From: the human T2T-CHM13v2.0 reference genome, Homo sapiens
DNA length: 64,000 nt
Assembly: GCF_009914755.1 (NCBI RefSeq)
Contig: NC_060936.1
Strand: one strand, 5' to 3'
Of this stretch, positions 52,371 through 64,000 are shown in pieces; the first letter of the stretch is position 1; the number at the start of each line of letters is the position of its first letter. The position numbers were made by a program, and so were the translations under genes. The notes beneath the pieces were generated by a model. That model did no database searches, was not told the origin of the DNA, and saw only the letters and a list, made by a program, of their open reading frames with translations.

Positions 52371-52714
52371 TTTTCAATAGAAAATTTGAAAGCATATCAG
52401 ATTCCTAGAAAAGGAAGCTTCTGAGAAGGTGATTTCACAGTAAGAAACCCCATGAATCATTAAAAGGATTTATATCTGAGATAAAACATAAATGTGAATC
52501 ATTCTTTGTGCTTGTCTAGAACATTTTAAGAGAGCCTAAGGAAGTAAGTGGTTCATGGGAACCACAAAGACAAAAATTTCTCAACAGAAACCTTCCAAAT
52601 GGTTTGACTGATATTCAGCATAAGTGAATCAGGCAATGAGCCAATTTATTTCCAAGAAGAAGCCTTCACAGAGAAAAAGATGTGACAATCACCTTGAATA
52701 TTGAATCAAAATGG

Positions 52715-53240
52715 CAGAGGGCAGGCTAATCATGACCCCCAAAGATATCCAAGATCTAATCCTGGAACCTGTGAATATTACCTTATATAGAGAAAGCACA
52801 TTTGAAGATGTGATTAAATTAAGGCTGTTGAGATGGGAAGAGTGTCCTGGATTATCCAAGTGGACCCTAAATGCAACCACAAGTGTACTCGTAAGAAGGA
52901 AAAAGAGGTAGATTTGACCATGGAGGAGATGGTGATGTGAAGAAGAAGTCAAGAGAGATTTGAAGATTCTGGCCTTGACAATGAAGTAAGGGGCCATGAG
53001 CCAAGAAATGCTATTCTAGAAGGTAGAAAAAATGTAAGAAAAGGGATTCTTCCTAGAGCCTCTGCTGGTGGTGGGATGGATGGGGGTGCATGGTCCTGCC
53101 AACACCTTCATTTTACCCTCTTAAAACCTATGTTGTACTTATACCCTCCCACCCCCGAGAACTGTAAGAGAACAAAGTGTGCTGTTCTAAGTCATCATGT
53201 TTGTGATGATTGGCAAAAGCAACCATGGGAACCTCATATT
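52715..53240 (+). mobile_element. MLT1C/D MaLR solo LTR
   Basis: ccccaaagatatcc...ggaacctgtgaatattacctta...gagatggg...cctggattatcc...gaactgtaagagaa. Confidence 0.88.
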
Positions 53241-53769
53241 ACGGACCAGACCCCAGAGCCACAGCTTGCTGGATGTAGAAAAGAGGAAACAGTGCTGAAC
53301 ATGGGCCTACTGGAAAGCAGGATGCTGCAAAGACCAAAGACTTACAGAAAAGAGTCCAAATTGGCTCCCCACCCCAAAGGGTACTCTTCTGAAATACAGA
53401 ATAATCTGCAGCCCTCTATCCCTGCCCCAAAAGAAACCTCTCTTCTCTACATCAAGCATAAGAAAAATGCTTGATGGATTTCCTGGATCCACAACCATCT
53501 ACTCTCCTAAATTTTTTTCTGGTGACCTTGGTATCTGTCCCATTGACTCGCCCCTTCCTTTCATCTCTATGCTTGGCTCCTTCTAATCGACATTTCACTT
53601 AGCTTGAAGGTTTCTTTCCCTGGCTTGACTTTGGCATATTGTCTTTAGGGTTCTACTGGTTCCATGTCTCATATCCCATTGGCCTGAGCAGCTCTTCTTC
53701 CATATTCAACCATGGTTCATGGAATCCCATCTGGAATTATCAGCCCAGCTCACCTTAGTTTTCTATGAA

Positions 53770-54390
53770 GAAGGTGTAGTGGAACAGAGAAAAGCACTGG
53801 CTCTGGAGCCAGAGAGAGACAAGATTTTGGAACCTGGCTCCACCTCTTGCTGATATGGATCCTTAGCTTCTTCAAAGGTTATTTTTCTAACCTATAAACT
53901 GGAGATAATACTTTCTTCATTGGGTTGCTGTGAAGATTAGAGATAATGTATAGAAATTGAGTATCCTTCTCAACACATATTAAATGCTCAATAAAAACCT
54001 GTTATTATAATCATAAATCAAGTGAATGGTTACTATTATACTTTCAGTTGAGAGTGTCTTTGCTGTGACTGTGGTCTCTGCAACACAGCCCCTCCCCTGA
54101 ATCTACCTCCCCTAAGTGGTAGTCTCCTCTTAGGCAACTTGAGTACAACTCTTTTTTTCCCCTACTAGGAGAAGACCAAGCTCTGTATCAGTGAATCATA
54201 ATAGAAGTAAAAATCCAATTTGGTTTCTTGTCTGACCATCTGGGTTTCTAAGAGAACAGAATGTGAAGTCAGACATTCTGGATTCAAATCCTAGTTCTAT
54301 TTCTACTTTCTAGTTATGGCACTTTGGACACATTATTTATCTTCTCTGTGCTTCAGATATCCCATTGTAAAGTGGAGATAATAATAGTGA
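53770..54390 (+). mobile_element. Two MIR fragments (~53770-54010 and ~54250-54390)
   Basis: gcactggctctggagccaga, gggttgctgtgaagatta; gtcagacattctggattcaaatcctag. Confidence 0.75.
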
Positions 54391-55369
54391 CCAGCAACAT
54401 AATAGAAAATTGTGGGAAGCAGTTGAACAGACACTTCAAAAGAGAATACATTCAAATGGCACAAAAAGTAAAGAAAAATACTCACACAATCAATCATCAG
54501 TTCAAAACACAATGAAATGCCACTACATACTCAGCAGAATAGCTAAATGAATATGACTAAGTCTTGGTGGAAAAGGGGAACAATTGAGATTCCTCTACAC
54601 TGCAAATGAGTACAATACCATCCTGAGACCTGGCAAGAGGGTTCATTCTAGACCTGGTCCTACCTCACCTCATAAAGTAAGGAGCCCATGGAGCCAAACG
54701 AACATGGCAACTAAGAACCTTCTGTGGACTATAGTCCAAAACCAGGACTCCAGAATGTCCTGTCTGATTGGGTCTCTTCCCTAGGCCGATTTTCTAAAGG
54801 CAGACCACGTTGCTGGAATGTGTAAATCTTAGTCCAAGGGGTGGCCAAAGAAGGGTGGCATGGACAGAGCTTTCATATGCATATTAGGCTGGTTGCAATG
54901 TAAGACATAAAAAAGAGTTGAAAAGAAGAAAAGCAAGGCTTGCACTGGGGGAGAAGGGATGGCTGTCTCCATGCTATGTTGCCACTGAGGATAACTAGCA
55001 CAATCACCATGAAAAATGGTTTGATAGGATCTACTAAAGCTGAACATAAATATACCACAAAACCCAACAATCTCACTAGATACATAACCAACAAAAGTAA
55101 ATATCGCACTTTGGGAGGCCAAGGCAGGCAGATCACTTGAGGTCAGGAGTTCAAGACCAGCCTGGCCAACACGGTAAAACCTTGTCTCTACTAAAAATAC
55201 AAAAATTAGCTGGGCGTGGTGGCAGGTGCCTGTAATCCCAGCTACTTGGGAGGCTGAGGCAGGAGAATCACTGGAACCCAGAAGGCGGAAGTTGCAGTGA
55301 GCCAAGATCATGCCAAGATCTGGGCAACAGAGCAAAGCTCCATCTCAAAAAACTAACTAATTAACTAAC

Positions 55370-55400
<31 letters not shown>

Positions 55401-55860
55401 ATACATTGGTTTTATTCATGTGTAATACACATACACATATATTGTTAAAGAGAGTAGTACCACTATTTATTATAGCCCAAAACTAGAAACAAGCCAAATT
55501 TTCTTCAACATTGAAGTGCACAAATAAATTGCAGTATAATGATACAATGGAATACTAACAGCAATGAAAATGACTGAACTGCTACACACAACAATGTAGA
55601 TAAGGCTCACAAATATACTATTGAGCCTAAGAAGTCAGATATAAATGAAAACATCCCATGTGATTACATTTATATAAAGTCTAAAAGCAGGCAAAACTAA
55701 TCTATGTTGACAGCAGTCAGGATAGTGATTAACTTTAGGGTGGTGGGGGTGCTTCTAGGGTGCTGACAGTGCTCTATTTCTTGATGTGGGGTACAGTTGC
55801 ATAAGCATATTCAATTCATAAAAACTCATTGAAATGTACATTTATAATTTATGCTTGGTG
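54390..55860 (+). mobile_element. L1ME fragment interrupted by a probable hAT-Tip100 element (~54620-54987) and an Alu
   Basis: gaacagacacttcaaaagagaa, ctactaaagctgaacata, agcccaaaactagaaacaa, aggcaaaactaatctatg; insert ends in TIR-like gccactg. Confidence 0.7.
55106..55402 (+). mobile_element. 5'-truncated AluS with a (TAAA)n tail
   Basis: Starts at gcactttgggagg; local rearrangement gccaagatcatgccaagatc-tgggc. Confidence 0.93.
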
Positions 55861-56779
55861 TCATGAGACAGAGTAATCATATACTCTAGGAAGAATATAT
55901 TCAATGGGAAGGGAGCTCAGGGACTCCCACTTCAACTCAGCCTGTGAACCAGTTGCCCTTAGATGTCTACCCAGAATCTACAGGAGAAGGATTTGCACCC
56001 TTTCTATGTGCTTCTGTTGTTACGTGTATTCTTTCATAGTGATTGTCAGCTTCCATAGGTGTCTCCCTCAATGTACCACAGGCCACTTGAGGGCAGAGAC
56101 TGCTTCTTTTATTTCTAACTTTCCCAAGATTAGCATTGTATATGACAAGTGAATGGTTTTCAATAACTCTGAATCAAAGAATAAATCCCTGACCTGTAAG
56201 AAGTACCCATCTCTTTCTCTCCTCATATTTTTTTTTCTTTCTCTCTTCCTCCAGTTTTTCCTTCCAGCCAGGGGAACCTCTATTAGACAGCAGCTTTCAT
56301 GTCTCTTTTGATAAGAACCATTATTAACAGTCTAAACTGAAACAGTGGCCAAGTCCACTTCAAAGTGTACCCAAAGTACATACCATGATTTACTCTCTAA
56401 TTAGACAAAAGTTTCCATTGAAGAAATTCACTGATTTGTTGCTTAAGCAGCAAGCATCTGCAGTTAATGGGGTCTTTCAGGACGGTGGGTATAGCTTCTA
56501 GAGAATCATCCACGTTATGTGAAGTGGAAGATCAACAAATTCAACAGCTGATAACAACACAATGCACTTCACCTGAGGACAAACAACTACAACTAAGGCA
56601 CTTTACAGGCTGTCATGAATGATCTGCAAAATGCCCCCAACAGGGGAAGGAGGGTCCTGAAATACGAGCTCAGTATCGGATGAGCACTTGCTTATGGTGC
56701 ACAAGTACTAGTCTACAATTCTTTGCACACGGTATATTAAACATTAAGGTATAATTGGCTGAAAATGGCATTAAGCTGT

Positions 56780-57260
56780 AGAATTTTTTTCTATAGAAAT
56801 ACCCATATGTGCAAAATGATATGTGAAAAAAAAGTTCATAGAATCATTTGGAATAGGGAAAATTGGAATCAATTGCAATGCTTATTATTAATAGAATGTT
56901 CAAATTACGGTACTGTCATTTTATGAAGTAATAAGTAGCGGTTAAAAGAGCATAGGATGCCTCTATATGTATCAGCATGGAATTATATGAAATATCCAGA
57001 GAAAATACTGCAGAACTATATGTAATTTCCAATTATATGAAATTTTTAAATACAGAAATATGTTTATAAAATGCATAGAAAAACATCTGGAAAGATTTAT
57101 ACCAAAAGTTGATGGCGGTTATATCAGAGAGAAAGAGTTAGAGAAATGAGAAAGAGAGCCAGGAATGGAAGGAATGACATTTTGCTTTTTCTTATTTATA
57201 TTTCTGATTTGCTTAAATCTTTTATAATGAGCTTATACTGCATGATAATGCTTAAAATCT
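56780..57260 (+). mobile_element. L1ME fragment
   Basis: catatgtgcaaaatgat, tgcatagaaaaacatctggaaagatttataccaaa. Confidence 0.6.
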
Positions 57261-57464
57261 TTAAGGTATTAGATTACTTTAGAAATGAGTTTGAAATAAT
57301 CTTCATTGCTTACCTTGGATATTTATTCCATCTTCCTATGTACCAACCATTTGACTAACAGTAAAATAGAGATAATAATTACTACTTCACAGTGTGGTAG
57401 CAGGAAATGATCTATGTAAAGCTTTCAGCCCAATTTCTGCTACTGATAAAATTTATTTGTACAA

Positions 57465-58034
57465 GTTGATTATTGCTGTTTGTAATAAAGCATGCCAAAA
57501 ATCAGTAGTTCAAAACAATGACCATTTATTATTGCTCATGTAACTATAACTTTGCTGGAGATTGGCTGGTACAAACGGGGTTTATCTGGGCTGCTGTCTT
57601 GAGTTTGGCTGTGCTCTACACACCAACATCCTACTTGGATCAACGTGATAATCAGAGCATGTACTTATGGTGACAGCAGAAGCACAGATAGGGCAAACAT
57701 GCAAAGTCTATTAAGGAATAGGTTTAGAACTGACACACTGTAATTTCTACCTCATCCTATTGGCCAAATATAACACAAGACCTATCTCACAGCAAAGGGA
57801 TATAGAAATACACTTCACTAAGAGTGACCAACCATCTCAGATTGCCCAGGACTTGGGGGGCTTCCAGAATGCAGAAATTTCCATAGTAAAACCAGGAAAG
57901 TCCTTGGGTAAATCTGGACTGGCTGGCCACTCAACATGTCTCTCTATTTAGTGAGATGAATTTCAAAGTTACCCAGCAACAAGTATGGAAAGGGATGGGA
58001 TCAAGACTCAAGGCCAGCGATGCAATCCACTACA
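57465..58034 (-). mobile_element. MLT1H-like LTR interrupted by MER81
   Basis: caaaacaatgaccatttattattgctcatg, ttagaactgacacactgtaatttctacctcatcctattggccaaa; ends ccactaca. Confidence 0.75.
57819..57934. mobile_element. MER81 hAT-Blackjack MITE
   Basis: taagagtgaccaaccatctcagattgcccaggact...aaaaccaggaaagtccttgggtaaatctggactggctggccactc. Confidence 0.8.
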
Positions 58035-60729
58035 CCTTTAATACTGTCATAATCTCAGCAACTAGAAAAACAGGCAAATAGTAGGTGGTCCAAATTAATT
58101 TTGGTAGATTGATTTTAAGTTGGCTGAACAACATCAGATCCCCCTAAACTCTCCATCAACAGAATATTTCCCAGAATAGACTCCTCAAATAAAAGGGTAT
58201 TAAAGATGTTTCTGTAGTAACGGGGTATAGCATTAGACAGGTGATTAGGATAGATTATTAAAGAAGCTTAAGACTCTTTCAAACCTAATTCTAACTTCAT
58301 TTGACAGACAATAAGATCAGTCTCTCCAAGACCAATGAAAATTGTTAATATCAATCTCCTTTCCTTCTAGGGAGAATATTTTGCTTATAACAGACTCTTA
58401 CCAGGGGCAGGTTGTCTGACTTCTAATCATTTGCTTGTATGTGATCATGAATATTTATTTAGCCCCCTCAGCTTTACTAATCCTTTTCAAACGCAGGGAC
58501 CCGTTGTGGGTGTTTGTTCCCAGAGGTTAAATCCACAGAGCCAGGGGGAGCTCCACTCTGCCTGTTGTTTCCCTATACCCACTATTCCTCTTCCTGTCTA
58601 GACTATACATTTCTCCTCTGAAGACAGATCCTTATGGATAAGATCAATGCATAGGCACGAATCAGAAAGATTTCTCTCAATTTACAACCATTTTCTTTAT
58701 CTGAAATGCATCAAAGAAGAAAGACTATTAAAGCCTGCAAGTGTTAGGGTTTTTAAATTTAAAAAAATAATAATAAGGAAAAGCAGGACTCTAGACATCC
58801 CATAATGGGAATGGGCAGCTAAAATATAATACTTTGGGTTCATTTTCATATGAACTTGGATAATAAAACAAAGAAATAATAACATGCAATGAAAACACAC
58901 TCAAATGAGAGAGCCAACCGGGAGATGACTGTCAAAAAAAGTTTGAGAGTTAAAATGGCAGATAGTTTCAAAGCTTTCAGGAAAATCAATTAGAGCCTAA
59001 GTGACCTCTAGGACAAGTATCTGGACACTAGCCACTTTACAAATTCCAATCTAGGCGTGAGTAACAAGTGAATTAAACTGCTTAGAGTTCTATCAATAAT
59101 CAGGAATGTATAGTTTAGATAGATTACCTTAAATTTTAATCAATAATTTTAAAGGGACCCAGTAATCAGCTTCATTACACTCTACCCAGATGAAGTAAGT
59201 GGGGTCAACTAACTAAAATATAAAGGAGTTTTCAACTGCTCACCTCTCCTCACAAATGGGTACTCTCCCGACTGACTCTGTGACATTTATACAGCCTGTA
59301 ATTCTGAACACATCACCTGCTTTAGGAGACCTAGCAGCAACTCCATATGTAGACTTAAGATCTTGTTAAGCACTTGGGCCTGATAGAAACTGACAAAGTC
59401 TTTGCCTTACCTGAGATTCCAGCACAGCTGAGCACCCAGGAGATTCCCAGTTGACAAATAGTGAGGGCAAAGAGCAAGCCGGTCCCCAAGCTGAGCTTCC
59501 CCCAGGTCCTTCTTTTGATCCACTGGCTTCCCAGCCCATCTGTTTTCATTCTTAGTTTAATTTGATGAGGGAGGTGGTAAAGAAGCACATCATTGCAGAT
59601 GTCAAACACATAAGGTAAATAAGAATCCACAGAGTTGCTACCCTCAGCTTTTCTCTAAGTGATCTCAGAGGGCATTATGATTATAACATTAAACCAGGAT
59701 ACCGAGTTTGGGGGCAGCTTATCAGTTAACCATGACATTCCATGAAAAGCGTGGACCAACCAACATTTTGTTAGAACAGACTGACTAATAAAGAGGGAAG
59801 GGATAAGACAAAGTGACACTGTTCCCCTGGCTTTTCAAATTATCCAGGGAATAAAAGAAATTGCAGGGCAAATATCCATCCTGAATTAAAAGCTACTCAG
59901 GGGATGAGAAACAAATGAAAATCTATTATGCCATAGAAAGAGTCTCCAGAGGCCTAGAGCAATTTTTTTAAATATGAGCCACTGATTAATGACTTTGGCT
60001 ACAAGGGAATGCCTAGGGAATTAGAGACTTGTAATTTAATTTCCTTCTGGGAGTAGCAAGTCCAGAAGGAGAGGAAGCCACCTTACTAATTGGTATTAGA
60101 AAATTGGGGTTAAAGGAAAAAAGAGGAAATAAAGTTGAGTTCAGGAATCTTATGGAGATGATGTCATGTCAAATACAGTCTTCATAGAGATGAGAGCGAT
60201 AACTGACAGTTACTGAGTGCTTACTATATGCCAAGAACTTCCAAGTGAATTCTGTTCTGTAGCGCAGGTACTACCACATATTTTATCAATTCTGAAACAA
60301 AAACACACATACACACAGATTTTAGACATACATATCATTTTCTATACATCATGTCTTTATCTATATATATTTTTATATAAGATTGATGTCACCTTACAAT
60401 CACTATGGGCCAAAGGGCAGACATGATGTAATTCTCTTGTTGTCTATGAATGCGCAAACTCATATTCCTGTCACTTCAGTTGACTTATGCACATCATTGG
60501 CACTGTATATGCCGAGTTTAATTGCTGCTGTTTAAAAATATTTCACACTAAACCAAAGGTTTTTTGACAAGCATAAGATGTGACTTTAAATTTGGTATTA
60601 GTAAAGTAAATACTCATTATAAGAAAGAAATTTCATCTTTTTTTCCAAAGCAACAGCCAAATGCTTTATGGGGCACTAAGAAATGAAAGCATCAATAAAT
60701 AAATGAAGTTGTGCTTCATTTTGTTTCTA

Positions 60730-60837
60730 GACATATGTAAAATAATTGTCTATTACATGACAAGCAATTCAAGCAAAGGCAGGGATATATGCAAAATAAT
60801 TGTCTATTTCATGCCAAGCAATGCAAGTGAAGGCAGG
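60730..60837. repeat. Diverged 54-bp tandem duplication
   Basis: 60730-60783 versus 60784-60837, 47/54 identical. Confidence 0.9.
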
Positions 60838-61199
60838 AAAAATTGCCAAGTCCCCAGCAATAGATTAATGACATTTCCAAACTCAGAGAGACTGATTTGA
60901 CTAACTTGTACATGAGCCTGATTTGACTGATTTGTACATCATTAGCAGTGTTATGTTTTGTTTTCTTATTGATACGTAAAATAATGGTGCATCTCCTGTC
61001 TGATGGCACTTAGATTCAATAAACTAGAGTACTGCCACATCTTTTTCTTTTCAGACAAGAAAATCAAGACAAAGGCAAGTTACTTGTCCCAAAACCCACA
61101 GAAAGTGAACTTTTTAGAGATATTTAGAATTAGTTCAGTCTGATTGCAGAACTTATTATTTTAATCAGTATGAAAAACTACTTTCCAAACATGGAAAGA

Positions 61200-61795
61200 A
61201 GGTTGGCATAATCTTTTGAAAAATTAAGTCAGAGCATGGCATTTCTCTTTCCAATACATTTTCATCTCATGCTGAGTAAAAGTTGAAGTTCTTACAAGGG
61301 CTTACTAGGCCTTGCAAGATCTGCAGTTCCCTTCCTGCCTGTTTGCCACTGCCTCTCAACCTCATCTTCTTCTATTCCCCTTCACTCAACTCTACTCCAA
61401 TCCTATTGACTACTTGCCTTCCCCATGCCACGCTAGCAAATTTGCTCCTACTTCAAATATACTCCTACCTCAGGGCCTTTGCATTTGTTATTCTCACCAC
61501 TGGGAATACTTCCCCATCACATCTTCACTTGGTCACTTTCTCATTCCTTCATCCCTGACCTATATAAAAATAGCAGAACTCTTGCTCCATCTCATGCCCT
61601 GTCTATTCCCTTTAACATGTTCTATCTTCTCCATAGCATATTATTATATGAAATATCATATATATGACTTTGTTCATTTTCTTGTTGATTGCAACAATGT
61701 AAGTAAGCTTCAGAAGGCAGGACCTTTGTTTTATACATTTCTGTATCTGTGTAGACAGTAGGCATTCGATAAGTAAATGAAGAAAATGAATGGAT
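61200..61795 (+). mobile_element. L2a fragment
   Basis: ctcctacctcagggcctttgcatttg, gtaagcttcagaaggcaggacctttgt, gtaggcattcgataag...aatgaatgga. Confidence 0.8.
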
Positions 61796-61947
61796 CTTCC
61801 TCTGACAAGGTCATTCCACTGTCTTTCCCTTCTGTTTTATTGTCAGTCCAGAGAATTATGCAAATTGGAATCTATGGATTATTATTGCTTGTAAATCAGT
61901 AATGCTCTTTTTCATCCCATTTGAGAGATTTAAAAGGGTTGACACTC

Positions 61948-62084
61948 GGGAGGCTGAGGCAGGAGAATGGCATGAACCCGGGAAGCGGAGCTTGCAGTGA
62001 GCAGAGATTGTGCCACTGCAGTCCGCAGTCCGGCCTGGGCGACAGAGCGAGACTCCGTCTCAAAAAAAAAAAAAAAAAAAAAAA
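61948..62084 (+). mobile_element. AluYb8/Yb9, 5'-truncated (right arm), human-specific
   Basis: Diagnostic gcagtccgcagtccggcc duplication and gggaagcggag; A23 tail; TSD ggttgacactc (61937-61947 and 62085-62095); TT|AAAA target. Confidence 0.95.
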
Positions 62085-62315
62085 GGTTGACACTCTTATG
62101 ATAGAGTGTTTCGAAATGCAGATTTCAGAGCTAGACTACCTGGATTTTAATGCTGGCTCTACCATTTGCCTATGCAATGTCACAAAAGTTACTCAACTCC
62201 TCTGAGTCCTCGTTTCCTCATCTGTAAGACTGGGATAATACTAGTGTAGGACTTACACCTGAGGATTCTTATAAGGATTAAATTAAATAATACAGGGATT
62301 ATTAGCAAGTGCTAA

Positions 62316-62623
<308 letters not shown>

Positions 62624-62687
62624 AATAAAATAATTATTTTTATTGGCAAATTATTTCCAACCTACCTAATAGGAACCGTTAAGAGCA

Positions 62688-62908
62688 AGACGGTTCTCAA
62701 TGGGGGAAATTCTTCCTCCAAAGAAGATATTTTCCATGCTAGAGACATTTTGATTATCACAGTTAGGGATGGGGTGCAGGATGTTCCTGTTATCTAGTGG
62801 GTAAGAAGACAGGGATGCTGCTAAACATTCTATAATGCACAAGGGGGTCCTCCACAACAAAGCATTGTCACGCCCAATGTCAATAATGTCATTGATGAGA
62901 AATCCAGG
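62688..62908. mobile_element. MER20 hAT-Charlie
   Basis: ggttctcaatggggg...agagacattttg...cagggatgctgctaaacattctataatgcaca...aatgtcaataatg. Confidence 0.85.
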
Positions 62909-63843
62909 GAGAGATTATTTGTTTCAATGTACTTCACCCTTCAGTATTCCAGAATAAGTAAGACATGTAAAGGGGAAACGTTTTTGTAAACCACCTCCAC
63001 TCCATCTGTCATGTTTTGAAATCAGCTTAAAGATGAAAATCCATGCTTATATTACCCTTCTCCAGAGGCCTGGCCTTAAATCTCTCCATACTATTTTCTT
63101 TTATGATTCAACCCAAAAGAGATTCAGATTCAGGTGTTGCTGTCCAGACCTCAGGATTCCCAGGCAATTGTACTTGAAGATTCTCGTGTTGGCCTTTTCA
63201 GTTCTGCATCAGACCACTAGAGGGTAGAGAAACACTATCAATCATTCAGCATTTGGGTACCTGACAGTTTTCAGTAATACAAATCTTAATAAAATGCTAA
63301 ATTATTTCTGGCTTATGAAATAAAAACTGCCCAGAACGGCTTTATTAAACACCTCTATATGTACACAGTTTTAGAGGCTGATTCAAGTATTTTACTCTGT
63401 CATCACCCTCAAACTCTAAAGTATAGTAGTAATTTAAGTCAATATTATATGTTAAATGGAGGCCTAATAAATGGCCATTGATGATCTTATGACTATTATG
63501 ATAATATTATGATAATATGTTATGACTATGTTGGTAAAGCTCTTTTTTGATGAAGATTTAATCATGCTGTGACTTAAATCATATCAAATTGATTTAAATG
63601 ATTCTCCCCACCAGGAATTAAGCAAAAATTGAGAGTGAATTGAAATCTAAAAATGAACTCCAATATGGAATAAGTAGCATTATTTTGTTGAACCCTGACC
63701 CAAACGCAGCCCAAAGTATAAACGCTTATTGTCTTATCAATACTTCATTAGGATGAACCTGAATGACTAAACAAATTACAGCATTATCACCAACTATCTA
63801 GATATATCTCAATCCCACACACTCAGGTTTGAAATAGAGGCAC

Positions 63844-64000
63844 TGTATTAGTCTGTTTTCATGCTGCTGATAAAAACATACCTGAGACTGGGCAATTTAC
63901 AAAAGAAAGAGGTTTAATTGACTTACAGTTCCACAGGGCTAGGGAGGCCTCACAATCATGGTGGAAGGCAAAGAGGAGTAAGTCATGTCTTACATGAATG
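63844..64000 (-). mobile_element. THE1B-like MaLR LTR, runs off the window end
   Basis: tgtattagtctgttttcatgctgctgataaa...gagactgggcaatttacaaaagaaagaggtttaat. Confidence 0.9.

Noticed and set aside
54829-55335. 168-aa minus-strand ORF and similar ORFs at 6193, 6245, 28879, 38613, 44260, 61921, 62373
   Set aside because: Classic Alu-derived translations

Overview
AT-rich, repeat-dense primate genomic DNA. It is almost certainly human, because it carries the human-specific AluYb8 7-bp duplication (GCAGTCCGCAGTCC) in the element at 61948-62084. It looks intronic or intergenic. I cannot support any protein-coding exon, RNA gene or gene name; the ORF track is explained by repeats, low-complexity DNA and chance. 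Most of the window is interspersed repeats recognised by eye from remembered consensus motifs: 11 Alus, L1PA/L1MA/L1MB/L1ME fragments, L2, L3/CR1, MIR, MaLR and ERV LTRs, and hAT/mariner MITEs. Subfamily calls and boundaries are approximate. Five unexplained signals stand out. (1) A CpG-retaining ~290-bp unit at 31.57-31.87 kb with a minus-strand TATA or splice acceptor, a 32-codon sORF, AATAAA and flanking inverted repeats. (2) Several well-formed minus-strand splice signals (39579, 27542-27626, 10600/10604, 641-764) that could outline an unannotated lncRNA or micropeptide transcript. (3) A MEF2+GATA+CArG (c-fos SRE core) enhancer-like cluster near 18 kb. (4) A CTCF motif beside an unusually CpG-rich old Alu at 29 kb. 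(5) A young AluYb8 in inverted orientation ~250 bp from an AluS. These are hypotheses; the sequence alone does not demonstrate a novel biological system.
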